Shown piece after piece: positions 16,656 through 24,371 of a stretch of 24,371 nt of DNA (position 1 is its first letter; each line of letters starts with the position of its first letter). The position numbers and the translations under genes are program-made. The notes below the pieces were generated by a model. It saw nothing but the letters and a program-made list of their open reading frames with translations. It ran no database searches and was not told where the DNA came from. This stretch comes from an uncultured Methanomassiliicoccales archaeon. GTDB taxonomy: Archaea; Thermoplasmatota; Thermoplasmata; Methanomassiliicoccales; Methanomethylophilaceae. Where the stretch lies: assembly GCA_964588745.1 (NCBI GenBank), contig CAZPQO010000001.1, positions 1 to 24,371 on the forward strand, in the 5' to 3' direction.

Positions 16656-17783
16656 ATGTCCGTCAACCAGGGCGGAAAGATACTGAAAAGGGGTCATACT
16701 ACGGGAACGTGTGCGGCGGCGGGATCCAAAGCCGCCGCAATCATGTTGCTGACGGGCAACCCTGTCAACAGTATTGACATTTTGACGCCAAAAGGAATTC
16801 TTCTCGATCTTAAAATCGAAGACATAGATTTACAAAAAGACAGAGTCAGATGCGCCGTAAGGAAAGACGGAGGCGACGACATCGACGTGACACACGGTTC
16901 CCTTGTTTATTCCGAAGTGATTCTTTCCGACGAAGGCACTGAAATCGACGGCGGAATCGGCGTCGGAAGAATAACGAAAAAGGGATTGGATCAACCCGTC
17001 GGAAACGCCGCAATCAACAGAATTCCCAGAAACATGATTGTTGAAGCTTTGGAAGATGTCAGGGACAATCTGAATTACGATAAGGGATTCAATGTAACGA
17101 TATCGATTCCCGACGGCACCGAACTTGCGGAAAAAACTTTCAATCCCCGTTTGGGAATAATCGGGGGAATCTCCGTTCTGGGAACTTCCGGAATTGTCGA
17201 ACCCATGAGCGAAAAGGCAATCATTGACACCATAAAAGCGGAAATGAAAGTCAGAAAGGAGGAAGGTACGGAGACTTTGCTTGTGGTACCGGGAAATTAC
17301 GGCGCAAGCTACGTGGAAGCCATTGACGGTCTCGATCCGGAATCCGCCGTAAGGTGCAGCAACTACATCGGGGAGACTTTGGATTATGCCGCCGAACTCG
17401 GTTTCAAAAATTTATTGCTCATAGGCAATCTCGGCAAACTGGTGAAACTTGCGGGAGGCATCATGAATACGCATTCGAGAGAATCCGATTCGCGCATGGA
17501 AATCCTCGCGGGGAATGCAGCCGTTGCCGGGGCTTCCGTCGACATACTGAAGAAAATCATGGATTCTGTTTCCACGGATGATGCGCTGTATCACATCAAC
17601 GAAGCAAACCTTCTCGACTATGTCATGACCCTCATATCCGAAAAGGCTGAATATCACATGAACCGAAGAACCGAAAATAAAGTGAAATGCGGCACGATGA
17701 TTTTCTCCTCCGAATACGGATTGATCGGGCGTTCACCTTCGTCAAAAGATTCGCTCAAAGAACTGGGAGGTTCGGTACTTTGA
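16656..17783 (+). CDS. cbiD: Cobalt-precorrin-5B C1-methyltransferase
   Basis: LKRGHTTGTCAAA, KDGGDDIDVTHG, TFNPRLGIIGGISVLGTSGIVEPMS and KLVKLAGGIMNTHS. The start could instead be ATG 16632 or 16599. Confidence 0.94.
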   Translation: MSVNQGGKILKRGHTTGTCAAAGSKAAAIMLLTGNPVNSIDILTPKGILLDLKIEDIDLQKDRVRCAVRKDGGDDIDVTHGSLVYSEVILSDEGTEIDGGIGVGRITKKGLDQPVGNAAINRIPRNMIVEALEDVRDNLNYDKGFNVTISIPDGTELAEKTFNPRLGIIGGISVLGTSGIVEPMSEKAIIDTIKAEMKVRKEEGTETLLVVPGNYGASYVEAIDGLDPESAVRCSNYIGETLDYAAELGFKNLLLIGNLGKLVKLAGGIMNTHSRESDSRMEILAGNAAVAGASVDILKKIMDSVSTDDALYHINEANLLDYVMTLISEKAEYHMNRRTENKVKCGTMIFSSEYGLIGRSPSSKDSLKELGGSVL

Positions 17784-18811
17784 TTCATATCGTTGCCTTT
17801 TCCTCCAAAGGTTGCGAATTGGCTTTGAAAATATCCGAAGGATTGGATACGGAGAACAAAGTCTTCTCAAAAACTTCCGGCAATTCTGAAGGTACGGTAC
17901 ACATCGACGTGCCCATATCCCATTGGGCCGGGGAATCTTTCAAAGAAACGGAGGGAATCGTATTCGTCGGGGCTACTGGAATTGCGGTCAGAGCAATCGC
18001 ACCCCATGTGAAAAACAAAGCAAAAGATCCGGCAATCGTATGCATCGACGAGCTCGGAAAATATTGCATTTCTCTGCTTTCCGGGCATCTCGGAGGCGCT
18101 AACGATCTCACACTCAAAATATCGGAAATCACAGGCGCGGAACCTGTGATATCCACCGCAACAGACCTTAACAAAAAATTCTCCGTGGATGTGTTCGCAT
18201 CGTCGAGAAACATGGCCATCGGCAGCATGAATCTCGCCAAAGAAATTTCCGCCGCCGTTCTTGAAAATAAAAACATCGGATTCAAAAGCGATTATCCCTA
18301 CTCGGGAAATCTTCCGGAGAACTTTACCGAATCTGAAAAGAATTTGGGAATCCACGTCACGTCTTCGAACAAATCGATTTTCAAAAAAACACTGAGGCTG
18401 ATTCCTAAAAATCTTATTTTGGGTATCGGTTGTAGAAGAGACACTCCCGAAGACACTGTCAACAGGGTCGTCCGCAAAGTTCTGTCCGACAATGATATTT
18501 CGATCGAAGGCGTAAGACTTATAGCCAGCATAGATTTGAAAAGCGATGAGAAAGGCCTGCTTGAGTTTTCTGAAAAACTCGGCGTGCCCTCGGTTTTTTA
18601 CACAGCGGAAGAGCTTAACACTCTCCGGGGAGACTTCAGCAAATCCGATTTCGTTTTGAAAACAATCGGCGTCGATTGCGTCAGTGAAAGAGCCGCTATG
18701 TTCCCCTCAGCCGAAGGGAAAGTGATTGTTCCGAAAACCGGACTTGACGGCGTAACCGTTGCCGTGGTCAAAGAACCATTTGAATTTAATTTTGGAGTTG
18801 AACCTACTTGA
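17780..18811 (+). CDS. cbiG: Cobalt-precorrin-5A hydrolase
   Basis: Start re-called to TTG 17780 (GGGAGG RBS, overlaps the cbiD stop). FVGATGIAVRAIAP, KAKDPA, LLSGHLGGAN, VISTATD and LGIGCRR. Confidence 0.93.
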   Translation: MIHIVAFSSKGCELALKISEGLDTENKVFSKTSGNSEGTVHIDVPISHWAGESFKETEGIVFVGATGIAVRAIAPHVKNKAKDPAIVCIDELGKYCISLLSGHLGGANDLTLKISEITGAEPVISTATDLNKKFSVDVFASSRNMAIGSMNLAKEISAAVLENKNIGFKSDYPYSGNLPENFTESEKNLGIHVTSSNKSIFKKTLRLIPKNLILGIGCRRDTPEDTVNRVVRKVLSDNDISIEGVRLIASIDLKSDEKGLLEFSEKLGVPSVFYTAEELNTLRGDFSKSDFVLKTIGVDCVSERAAMFPSAEGKVIVPKTGLDGVTVAVVKEPFEFNFGVEPT

Positions 18812-20784
18812 AGAAAAAAGCGCTGATATTCGCGGGCACCACCGAAGGAAGGGAACTGACGGATTTCCTCAGTAAAAACAAGATTGACGTCACGGTGAGC
18901 ACCGCAACCGAATACGGTGAATCCGTTATAGAAATAAACGATCACACAGAAACTGACAGCATACGCGGCGTGGACAACATGGCCGAAAGAATGAAAGAAT
19001 TCGATATTGTGATTGATGCCACCCATCCCTACGCCATAAGAAAATCGGAGCACATCAGGGAAGCTTCAAAAATCAACGGTACTCCGCTAATCAGGATAAT
19101 CCGTCCCGACAGCGACGGAATCGGAAATCCGATAACTTTTCCCGACATACCTTCCGCCGTGAATTACCTCTCGGGAACCGAAGGGAACATATTCGTCACC
19201 ACCGGAAGCAACGAACTGTCCGAGTTCACATCCATTCCCGGCTACAAAGAAAGAGTGTACGCCCGGGTTCTCTCGCTGTCTTCGGTTGCCGAGAAGTGTT
19301 CTGCTCTGGGATTCGAAGGCAGAAATCTGATGTGCATGGAAGGTCCTTACAGCGAAGAACTGAATCTCGCAATGATGAAACATGTTGACGCGAAATACAT
19401 GGTGACAAAGGATTCGGGTTCGGTCGGCGGTTTCGAAGACAAGATGTCTGCCGCCGCAAAAGCCGGCGTCATCCCGATTGTGATCGGCCGTCCCGCGGAA
19501 CATGACGGAATTCCGATGGAAGAAGCGATAAAGGAACTGTCCGAACTGTTCTCAATAGATTTGCCGTCAAAGAAAAGAAAAATTACCATTGCGGGAATCG
19601 GAACAGGAAACGATGCGGGTCTGACATTGGCCGTTATAAACAGTGTTAAAAATTCGAATTTGGTCATCGGCGCGAAAAGAATGCTGGAATGTTTTGATCT
19701 GACGGGAAAAGAAGTTCTCGAAGAATACCGTTCGAAAGAGATTCTGGAATATGTGGAAAATAACCGACAATTCGGCAATATAACGGTACTGATGTCCGGA
19801 GACACGGGATACTACAGCGGCACCAAGAAACTGTTGATTGCTTTCGAAAATGAAGATTATGACATAACCGTGTTGCCGGGAATCTCTTCGATATCATACT
19901 TTTTCTCAAAGTTGGGAGAATCCTGGGATGACGTGCACCTGACCAGCCTTCACGGCAGGGAAGAGAACATCGTGGGTCTCGTGAAACGTCACAAAAGACT
20001 GTTCACGCTCCTGAACGGAGAGGAATCCACACATGAAATGTGCAGAGAACTCATCGAATACAATCTTGAAGACGTGGAAATAGCCATCGGTCAGGATTTC
20101 GGTTCATCGGAAGAAAGAATCGACAAAGGCTCTCCGGAAGAAATATTGAAAATGCCTCTCGGAAAACTTTGCGTCGCGTTCATCAAAAATCCCGATGCGT
20201 CGAACGTAATCCCACTGGGTATTTCCGATGAGGATTTCATACGCGGAACGGCACCTATGACAAAAAGCGAAGTCCGCTCTCTGTCCGTGGTAAAATTAAA
20301 ACTGAACGAGGATTCCGTAATCTACGACGTGGGGGCCGGAACCGGATCCGTTTCCGTGGAAATGGCTTCCGTCGCCCTTTCGGGTCATGTTTATGCCGTT
20401 GAGAAAAACAAAGATGCCGTTTCTCTGATTTCAGAGAATTGTAAAAAATTCGGAACTCCCAACATTGCCGTGGTGGAAGGGTTCGCCCCTGATGCTTTGG
20501 CCGAACTTCCGATGCCCACTCACGCATTCATAGGAGGATCTTCCGGAAATCTGGAATCCATAATCGATGTGCTTCTTGAAAAGAATCCTGACGTCAGAAT
20601 CGTAATCACGTCCGTAACATTGGAAACTCTGTCCGAAACCATGCGTTGCGTCAATGAACTGAACATAACCGAAGAAGAAACGATATGCATGAATATATCA
20701 AGAGCCAGACTTCTGGGCGACTATCATTTGATGACTGCGCAGAACCCCGTTTATATAACGGTCTGCAGAGGCGGTAAGGAATGA
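18808..20784 (+). CDS. cbiJ-cbiE-cbiT: Trifunctional fusion: cobalt-precorrin-6A reductase (CbiJ) + C5-methyltransferase (CbiE) + C15-methyltransferase/decarboxylase (CbiT)
   Basis: aa 1-250: FAGTTEGR, DATHPYA, TKDSGSVGG (CbiJ). aa ~255-465: IAGIGTG, SGDTGYYSG, LPGISS (CbiE). aa ~472-658: PMTKSEVR, YDVGAGTGSVSVE, FIGGSSG (CbiT). One uninterrupted frame. Confidence 0.92.
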   Translation: MKKKALIFAGTTEGRELTDFLSKNKIDVTVSTATEYGESVIEINDHTETDSIRGVDNMAERMKEFDIVIDATHPYAIRKSEHIREASKINGTPLIRIIRPDSDGIGNPITFPDIPSAVNYLSGTEGNIFVTTGSNELSEFTSIPGYKERVYARVLSLSSVAEKCSALGFEGRNLMCMEGPYSEELNLAMMKHVDAKYMVTKDSGSVGGFEDKMSAAAKAGVIPIVIGRPAEHDGIPMEEAIKELSELFSIDLPSKKRKITIAGIGTGNDAGLTLAVINSVKNSNLVIGAKRMLECFDLTGKEVLEEYRSKEILEYVENNRQFGNITVLMSGDTGYYSGTKKLLIAFENEDYDITVLPGISSISYFFSKLGESWDDVHLTSLHGREENIVGLVKRHKRLFTLLNGEESTHEMCRELIEYNLEDVEIAIGQDFGSSEERIDKGSPEEILKMPLGKLCVAFIKNPDASNVIPLGISDEDFIRGTAPMTKSEVRSLSVVKLKLNEDSVIYDVGAGTGSVSVEMASVALSGHVYAVEKNKDAVSLISENCKKFGTPNIAVVEGFAPDALAELPMPTHAFIGGSSGNLESIIDVLLEKNPDVRIVITSVTLETLSETMRCVNELNITEEETICMNISRARLLGDYHLMTAQNPVYITVCRGGKE

Positions 20785-22136
20785 AACATCCGAGATTTCT
20801 CATCGCCGCACCTTCCAGCGGAAGCGGAAAAACAACGGTGACCTGCGGAATTCTCCAAGCCCTTGTGGACAGAGGATTAAAGGTATCGTCATTCAAATGC
20901 GGTCCCGATTACATCGATCCCATGTTCCACGGCCGTGTCATCGGAACCAAATCGAAGAATCTGGACGCTTTCTTCTGTGACGACAATCTTCTGAAGTATC
21001 TTTTCGCACGTTCCGCGGATGAGACGGACATATCGGTCATTGAAGGAGTCATGGGATTCTATGACGGAATCAGTATAACGTCTTCCGAAGCGAGTTCCTA
21101 CGACGTGGCCGGAAAAATGAAAGCTCCCGTGATATTGGTTGTCGACTGTAAAGGAGCCAGTGTCTCATGCATACCTATGATCAAAGGATTCGCCGATTAT
21201 GTTGAAAACAGCAACATCAAAGGCGTTATTCTGAACAGAATGTCCAAACACGTTTACGAAGGGCTCAAAACAATGATAGAGGAACAAACCGGAGCCGAAG
21301 TCATCGGTTACGTTCCGAGACTTGACGATATTGCCATTGAAAGCAGACATCTGGGTTTGGTTATGCCGGATGAAGTCGTGATGCTCAAGGAAAAGCTGTC
21401 GAAACTCGCAAAGGTTCTGGAGGAGACTATTGACATCCAACGTTTGATTCAGATTGCGAATGATGTGGAAAATCTTGAATGGGAAGAACCTTCCTTTAAC
21501 AGATTGAACAACAAAATCAGAATAGGTCTGGCACGCGACGATGCGTTCTGTTTCACCTACGAAGACAATGTTTCGTTGCTGAAAGACTGCGGTGCGGAAA
21601 TCGTGGAATTTTCTCCTCTGAACGATGAGAAATTGCCCGAAGACATTCACGGACTCATATTCTCCGGAGGATATCCCGAGCTTCACGGAGAAAAACTCAG
21701 CACGAACAAACCCATGCTGAAGGATATCAGAGGGAAACTTGACGCGGGAATGCCCTGTATGGCCGAAAGCGGGGGTTTCATGTACCTTCACGAGGAATTG
21801 GAAGGTATTGACGGCAAAATGTACCCGATGGTCGGCTTCGTCAAAGGAAGGTGCTTCCACGCAGGAAAACTGTCCCGGTTCGGATACGTCACGTTAAGCC
21901 CGAAGGAAAATCAGATGCTGCCTCAGGGAAGCATCGTAAAAGGTCACGAATTCCATTACTGGAACACGGACAACGACGGGAAAAGCTGGCAGGCGGAAAG
22001 GACCTCAGGACGGAAATACGATTGTATTCACGGATCCGAATCCCTTATGCTGGGATTCCCCCATGTGTTCTATTATTCCAACCCGGAACTGCCTTATTCA
22101 TTCCTTGTCGCCTGCAACAGGCATGCCGAAGAATGA
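20781..22136 (+). CDS. cbiA: Cobyrinate a,c-diamide synthase (glutaminase Cys replaced by Ser)
   Basis: SGSGKTT, FKCGPDYIDPMFH, IEGVMGFYDG, SRHLGL, GGYPE and GHEFHY. The motif reads AESGG instead of AECGG. Last gene of the cbiDG(JET)A operon. Confidence 0.9.
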   Translation: MKHPRFLIAAPSSGSGKTTVTCGILQALVDRGLKVSSFKCGPDYIDPMFHGRVIGTKSKNLDAFFCDDNLLKYLFARSADETDISVIEGVMGFYDGISITSSEASSYDVAGKMKAPVILVVDCKGASVSCIPMIKGFADYVENSNIKGVILNRMSKHVYEGLKTMIEEQTGAEVIGYVPRLDDIAIESRHLGLVMPDEVVMLKEKLSKLAKVLEETIDIQRLIQIANDVENLEWEEPSFNRLNNKIRIGLARDDAFCFTYEDNVSLLKDCGAEIVEFSPLNDEKLPEDIHGLIFSGGYPELHGEKLSTNKPMLKDIRGKLDAGMPCMAESGGFMYLHEELEGIDGKMYPMVGFVKGRCFHAGKLSRFGYVTLSPKENQMLPQGSIVKGHEFHYWNTDNDGKSWQAERTSGRKYDCIHGSESLMLGFPHVFYYSNPELPYSFLVACNRHAEE

Positions 22137-22889
22137 TGCAATGTCTTTCAGCATTCCGGTGAATGTGAATTCGGTTGCGATTATGTCGGGTTCTCTTCCG
22201 AATTCCCGCAGCTCATAAGCAGTGGGAGTTCCGATTGCGGCGACCTTTACTGAATCCATGAGTGCTGTCGTTCGGTCACCGAACTTTTCCTTCATCTGAG
22301 CGTAAAAAATCCTTGATGATTTCGGACTTGTGAAAGCCATAACGTCCAAATCTCCGTTTTCGACAGAATCCATTATTTCCGTCAGCTCGGGAGTGATTCC
22401 GAACTCTTCCAATCTGTATGTGGCTATTGTGACAACCTTTGCTCCAGCTTCGGAAAGTCCTTCGTCAAGAACTTCGGTTCCGCTGTCGGATCTTATCAAA
22501 AGCACGGTCTTTCCGTTGACTCTTCCTTTCAGCATGTCCACTATGCCGTATGACGAGTACTCGGAAGGCATCATGTCGGATTTCACACCGGCATCGATCA
22601 ACGCTTTCTCGGTGGCGGGTCCGATGGATACCACATTTATATTTTCAAAAAGAACCGGGAATTCGTCTCCGAATTCGCCGATGCACTTTTCCACCGCGGT
22701 AATCGAACCGAAAACCGCAAAGGAAGCTTTGCCGGAGGTCAGGCAATCCCTTATTTTTTGGAATTCTTCCCTGTCCCCCGTAATTATTTTCATGGATGGG
22801 GCACCCAAAACCCGAAAACCCATTTCTTCCGCTTCGCGAACGGCGTTCCTGAGTCTTTCTTCGGGTCTTGTGAACCCCAATCCGATCAT
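22098..22889 (-). CDS. hemD: Uroporphyrinogen-III synthase
   Basis: FTRPEER, FGSITAV, SIGPATEKAL, LLIRSDSG, TYRL, FTSPKS and AIGTPTA. Directly downstream of cobA. Confidence 0.9.
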   Translation of the reverse strand: MIGLGFTRPEERLRNAVREAEEMGFRVLGAPSMKIITGDREEFQKIRDCLTSGKASFAVFGSITAVEKCIGEFGDEFPVLFENINVVSIGPATEKALIDAGVKSDMMPSEYSSYGIVDMLKGRVNGKTVLLIRSDSGTEVLDEGLSEAGAKVVTIATYRLEEFGITPELTEIMDSVENGDLDVMAFTSPKSSRIFYAQMKEKFGDRTTALMDSVKVAAIGTPTAYELREFGREPDIIATEFTFTGMLKDIASFFGMPVAGDKE

Positions 22890-23629
22890 TGCATATCCCC
22901 GATTTTCTCGCGGACGGACACAACGTCGCCCACAACCATGATTCCCGGAGGTTTCAGTTCCTTCTCGGCGATGGTCTTTTCAAGATCGGAAACAACGGTC
23001 ACTTCCACTCTCTGATCCGGAGTCGAACCGTCGGTGATTATCGCCGCGGGAGTGTCGGGAGACATTCCTCCGTCGATCAGACCTTTGGAAATCCTTCCCG
23101 CGTTGCCGAGGCCCATCATGATGACGACGGTACCGTGACTTTCGGCCAAAGCCTTCCAATCCACCCGGTCTTCCGTTCTGTCTTCTTTCTCGTGACCCGT
23201 AACGAAGGTGACCATCGAAGCGTGATCTCTGTGAGTGACGGGAATGCCGACAAGTTCCGGCACGGCTATGGACGAAGAAACACCGGGAACAACGAAAACG
23301 TCAATACCGGCATCCCTGAGTTCTTCCGCTTCTTCCGCGCCTCTTCCGAACATGAAGGGATCTCCCCCTTTCAGTCTGACCACGGTTTTTCCTTCTTTGG
23401 CGTATTTTACCAAGAGTTCGTTGGTTTCGGACTGTCTGAGATTGTGATGTCCTCCCCGTTTTCCCGCATCCACCAACTCTGCGCCTTCTTTGCAGAGTTC
23501 AAGGAATCCGGGATTGGCCAAAGCGTCATACATGATGACATCGGCCTGTGCCAGAAGTTCTTTTCCTTTCACGGTGATAAGTCCGGGATCTCCGGGGCCC
23601 GCACCGACAAGATATACTTTACCGCTCAT
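22886..23629 (-). CDS. cobA: Uroporphyrinogen-III C-methyltransferase (SUMT/SirA)
   Basis: VYLVGAGPGDPGLITVKG, YDALAN, VVRLKGGDPFMFGRGAEE and IPVTHRD. Confidence 0.95.
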   Translation of the reverse strand: MSGKVYLVGAGPGDPGLITVKGKELLAQADVIMYDALANPGFLELCKEGAELVDAGKRGGHHNLRQSETNELLVKYAKEGKTVVRLKGGDPFMFGRGAEEAEELRDAGIDVFVVPGVSSSIAVPELVGIPVTHRDHASMVTFVTGHEKEDRTEDRVDWKALAESHGTVVIMMGLGNAGRISKGLIDGGMSPDTPAAIITDGSTPDQRVEVTVVSDLEKTIAEKELKPPGIMVVGDVVSVREKIGDMQ

Positions 23630-23631
23630 TT

Positions 23632-24371
23632 TTACACCTCAGGCCTTTTGCCCGTAAGATAATCCGCTATGTTGAGCATTTCGTCCATTACGAAATGTTC
23701 GGGTATCCACGTGTCCACCCACATGGGTTCGGGAGTGTATGTGAAAGACACGCCCTTCACGTTGATTTCGTCCCCTTTGAATTTTGCGTTAATGCCGACG
23801 GGAGACGAACAGCCGGCCTGCATAAGTTTCATGATTCCTCTTTCCGCCCCGGTTTCCAACCTTGAGACGTAATCGTCGACCTTCTTCAGAAGTCCGAGAG
23901 TTTTCCCGTCATCGATTCTGCATTCGATTGCAATCGTGCCCTGTGCGGCGGCGGGAATGAAAACATTCGGATCGAGAACTTCGTGAGGTCTGTCGATTTC
24001 CATTCTTTCCAAGCCCGCTTTGGCAAGAATGATTGCGTCATATTCGCCCTCGTCCAATTTGGACAATCTTGTGTGGATGTTTCCCCTGATGGGTTTGATT
24101 GTGATGTCCGGGCGCACGTGTCTGAGAATGTGTTCCCTTCTCACCGATGAAGTGCCCACAACAGCCCCTTCCGGGAGTTCGTCCAAGGGAAAGGGGAGTA
24201 TGATGTCCTCGGGACTGTCTCTTTCAAGAACGGCTCCGATGGTGAGTCCTTCCCTCAGCGTGGTGGGAATGTCCTTGTACGAGTTGACCGAAACATCGAT
24301 TTCTTTGTTCACAAGGGCATCGTCCAATTCTCTGACGAAAGCTCCTATGACGCTCATTCCGCAGAGAGGAG
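23632..24371 (-). CDS. hemC: Porphobilinogen deaminase (5'-truncated by window edge)
   Basis: GAFVRELD, SYKDIP, VGTSSVRR, IRGNIHTRL, YDAIILAKAGL, PAAAQG and GCSSP (cofactor Cys). The frame stays open from 24357 to the window edge. Confidence 0.94.
   Translation of the reverse strand, partial: PLCGMSVIGAFVRELDDALVNKEIDVSVNSYKDIPTTLREGLTIGAVLERDSPEDIILPFPLDELPEGAVVGTSSVRREHILRHVRPDITIKPIRGNIHTRLSKLDEGEYDAIILAKAGLERMEIDRPHEVLDPNVFIPAAAQGTIAIECRIDDGKTLGLLKKVDDYVSRLETGAERGIMKLMQAGCSSPVGINAKFKGDEINVKGVSFTYTPEPMWVDTWIPEHFVMDEMLNIADYLTGKRPEV

Noticed and set aside
17560-17574. One-mismatch copies of TGGAT-N5-ATCCA inside cbiD (17560) and hemD (22793-22807)
   Set aside because: They are intragenic and lack the GTA centre and adjacent TATA-like box. 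They show that one-mismatch hits arise by chance, so the 16600 copy is weak evidence on its own.
24283-24285. HemC VHSxKD motif reads VNSYKD
   Set aside because: The catalytic KD and the cofactor Cys (GCSSP) are intact, so this is probably a lineage polymorphism.
1-24371. CRISPR arrays, tRNA/rRNA, IS elements, integrases
   Set aside because: No spaced direct repeats, tRNA or rRNA signatures, transposase ORFs or flanking target duplications were seen by eye. A formal scan was not run.

Overview
Compact archaeal window, most likely from a methanogen of the Methanomassiliicoccales type. This is inferred from the complete cfb gene set, GGTGA/GAGGTG ribosome-binding sites, TATA-like boxes and a Sel1-repeat gene; no database search was run. 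Left third: a 5'-truncated MFS transporter, a short rubredoxin, a Sel1-repeat protein, an ArsR/SmtB-HMA-P1B ATPase (Zn/Cd) operon with a readable tandem operator, and an orphan lid-less Hsp70-family protein. Right two-thirds: an ~18 kb tetrapyrrole supercluster. It holds the coenzyme F430 operon (cfbC-A-E-D-B), a two-gene interruption (RluF-like pseudouridine synthase and a pirin), a divergent anaerobic cobalamin block (cbiL-F-H-C / cbiD-G-[J-E-T]-A) and hemC-cobA-hemD. Three observations stand out. (1) The same dyad, TGGATRGTAYATCCAA, lies 55 nt upstream of cfbC and 54 nt upstream of cbiL, suggesting one regulator for the Ni (F430) and Co (B12) branches. (2) CbiA has Ser in place of the glutaminase Cys nucleophile, while its paralog CfbB keeps the Cys. 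(3) The only chelatase in the window is a tandem two-domain CfbA/CbiX with both metal sites intact. No rRNA, tRNA, CRISPR array or mobile element was recognised.
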